From contig JBMFHL010000001.1 of NCBI GenBank assembly GCA_049976845.1, positions 3,773-67,772 of the forward strand: a stretch of DNA of 64,000 nt, read 5' to 3'. Position 1 is the stretch's first letter; every line of letters starts with the position of its first letter. This stretch comes from Candidatus Micrarchaeia archaeon. Its GTDB lineage: Archaea; Micrarchaeota; Micrarchaeia; Micrarchaeales; CABMGC01. Under the pieces are notes generated by a model that was not told the DNA's origin, did no database searches, and saw only the letters and a list, made by a program, of their open reading frames with translations. Positions 63,553 to 64,000 of this stretch are shown here, piece by piece. The translations under genes and the position numbers were made by a program.

Positions 63553-64000
63553 ATGTATCCAAACATACAAGCATATGATAGAGGAGTGATGTTTAACCCA
63601 GACGGCAGATTATTCCAAGTGGAATATGCTAAGGAAGCTGTAAGGAAGGGAGCAACCTCAATAGGCCTTATAGCAAAAGACAGCGTTGTTTTTGTAGCGC
63701 ACAAAAACATAACAGAGCCTTTGGCAGTTCCAGATACAATACAGAAAGTTTTTAGGATAGACTCTCATATCGGCGCAACCTATAGCGGCATGGTGGCCGA
63801 CGGCCTGCACATAGTGGGCATTGCAAGAAACTCAGCACAGAATCACAGGCTTGTATACAATGAAGTTAAATCAGTAGAAGCAATAGCAAAGGATCTAGCA
63901 TCATACATGATGCAGGCGACGCAATATGGCGGAATGAGGCCTTATGCCGTTTCTGTGCTTGTTGGCGGTATAGATACTTCTCCGAGACTCTTCGAGATAG
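63553..64000 (+). CDS. psmA: Proteasome alpha subunit, N-terminal part (3' end lies outside the window)
   Basis: My own translation gives MYPNIQAYDRGVMFNPDGRLFQVEYAKEAVRKGATSIGL...VFRIDSHIGATYSGMVADG. This is the classic alpha-subunit N-terminus. The frame stays open to the window end, so it is absent from the ORF track. Confidence 0.9.
   Translation, partial: MYPNIQAYDRGVMFNPDGRLFQVEYAKEAVRKGATSIGLIAKDSVVFVAHKNITEPLAVPDTIQKVFRIDSHIGATYSGMVADGLHIVGIARNSAQNHRLVYNEVKSVEAIAKDLASYMMQATQYGGMRPYAVSVLVGGIDTSPRLFEI

Noticed and set aside
1-64000. CRISPR arrays, cas genes, transposases/IS elements, rRNA genes, toxin-antitoxin modules and other defence modules.
   Set aside because: I noticed no regularly spaced direct repeats in any intergenic region. 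No ORF has recognisable Cas, transposase, integrase, restriction-modification or toxin motifs. The few ORFs of unknown function lack diagnostic features.

Overview
This is an AT-rich, gene-dense archaeal chromosome segment made up almost entirely of core information-processing and energy genes.

Evidence that the segment is archaeal:
- Archaea-specific ribosomal proteins eL15 and eL42.
- aIF1, aIF2-alpha, TFE, Orc1/Cdc6, PriS, RadA and a GINS-like protein.
- RNase P proteins Rpp30 and Pop5, followed by proteasome alpha.
- An initiator tRNA with A1:U72, and a tRNA-Tyr with C1:G72.
- Two intron-containing tRNAs.

The large multi-unit tRNA splicing endonuclease, short genes, tight gene packing and frequent basic extensions suggest a small-genome lineage. 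A DPANN / Micrarchaeota (ARMAN)-like origin is my inference and is not proven.

Content from left to right:
- A complex I membrane-arm operon, nuoD(partial)-H-I-J-K-L-M-N.
- A convergent 931-aa double AAA+ ATPase carrying a polytopic membrane domain.
- tRNA-Tyr (with intron), a SemiSWEET and tRNA-Asp.
- ribA and a CBS-pair protein.
- The ribosomal operon L3-L4-L23-L2-S19-L22-S3-L29 followed by SUI1.
- Pcc1, acylphosphatase, L15e, priS, pth2 and ilvE.
- An A24 prepilin-peptidase-like protein and several transporters.
- tRNA-Glu, tmk, dcd, endA, taw1, dphB and radA.
- tRNA-Gly(CCC) with a 12-nt intron.
- PAC2, aIF2-alpha, L44e and a GINS-like protein.
- tRNA-iMet, tfe and tRNA-Lys.
- An HD hydrolase and a P-loop protein.
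- gyrB-gyrA.
- A tightly coupled wHTH / glycoprotein / Lhr helicase string.
- Prefoldin beta, a DHH phosphoesterase and an Mre11-like protein.
- ADP-forming acetyl-CoA synthetase.
- A beta-CASP RNase.
- SSB, an AT-rich gap and orc1/cdc6.
- Rpp30, Pop5 and psmA (partial).

I saw no rRNA, CRISPR array, transposase or integrase, and no recognisable defence system. I could not find an unambiguous novel multi-gene system. The best second-look candidates are:
- the membrane-embedded Cdc48-like ATPase;
- the wHTH-adhesin-Lhr operon;
- the tRNA-intron / three-unit EndA set;
- a candidate origin beside orc1;
- a small GC-rich structured element in one divergent intergenic region.

All family assignments come from motif recognition by eye. 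No searches were run.
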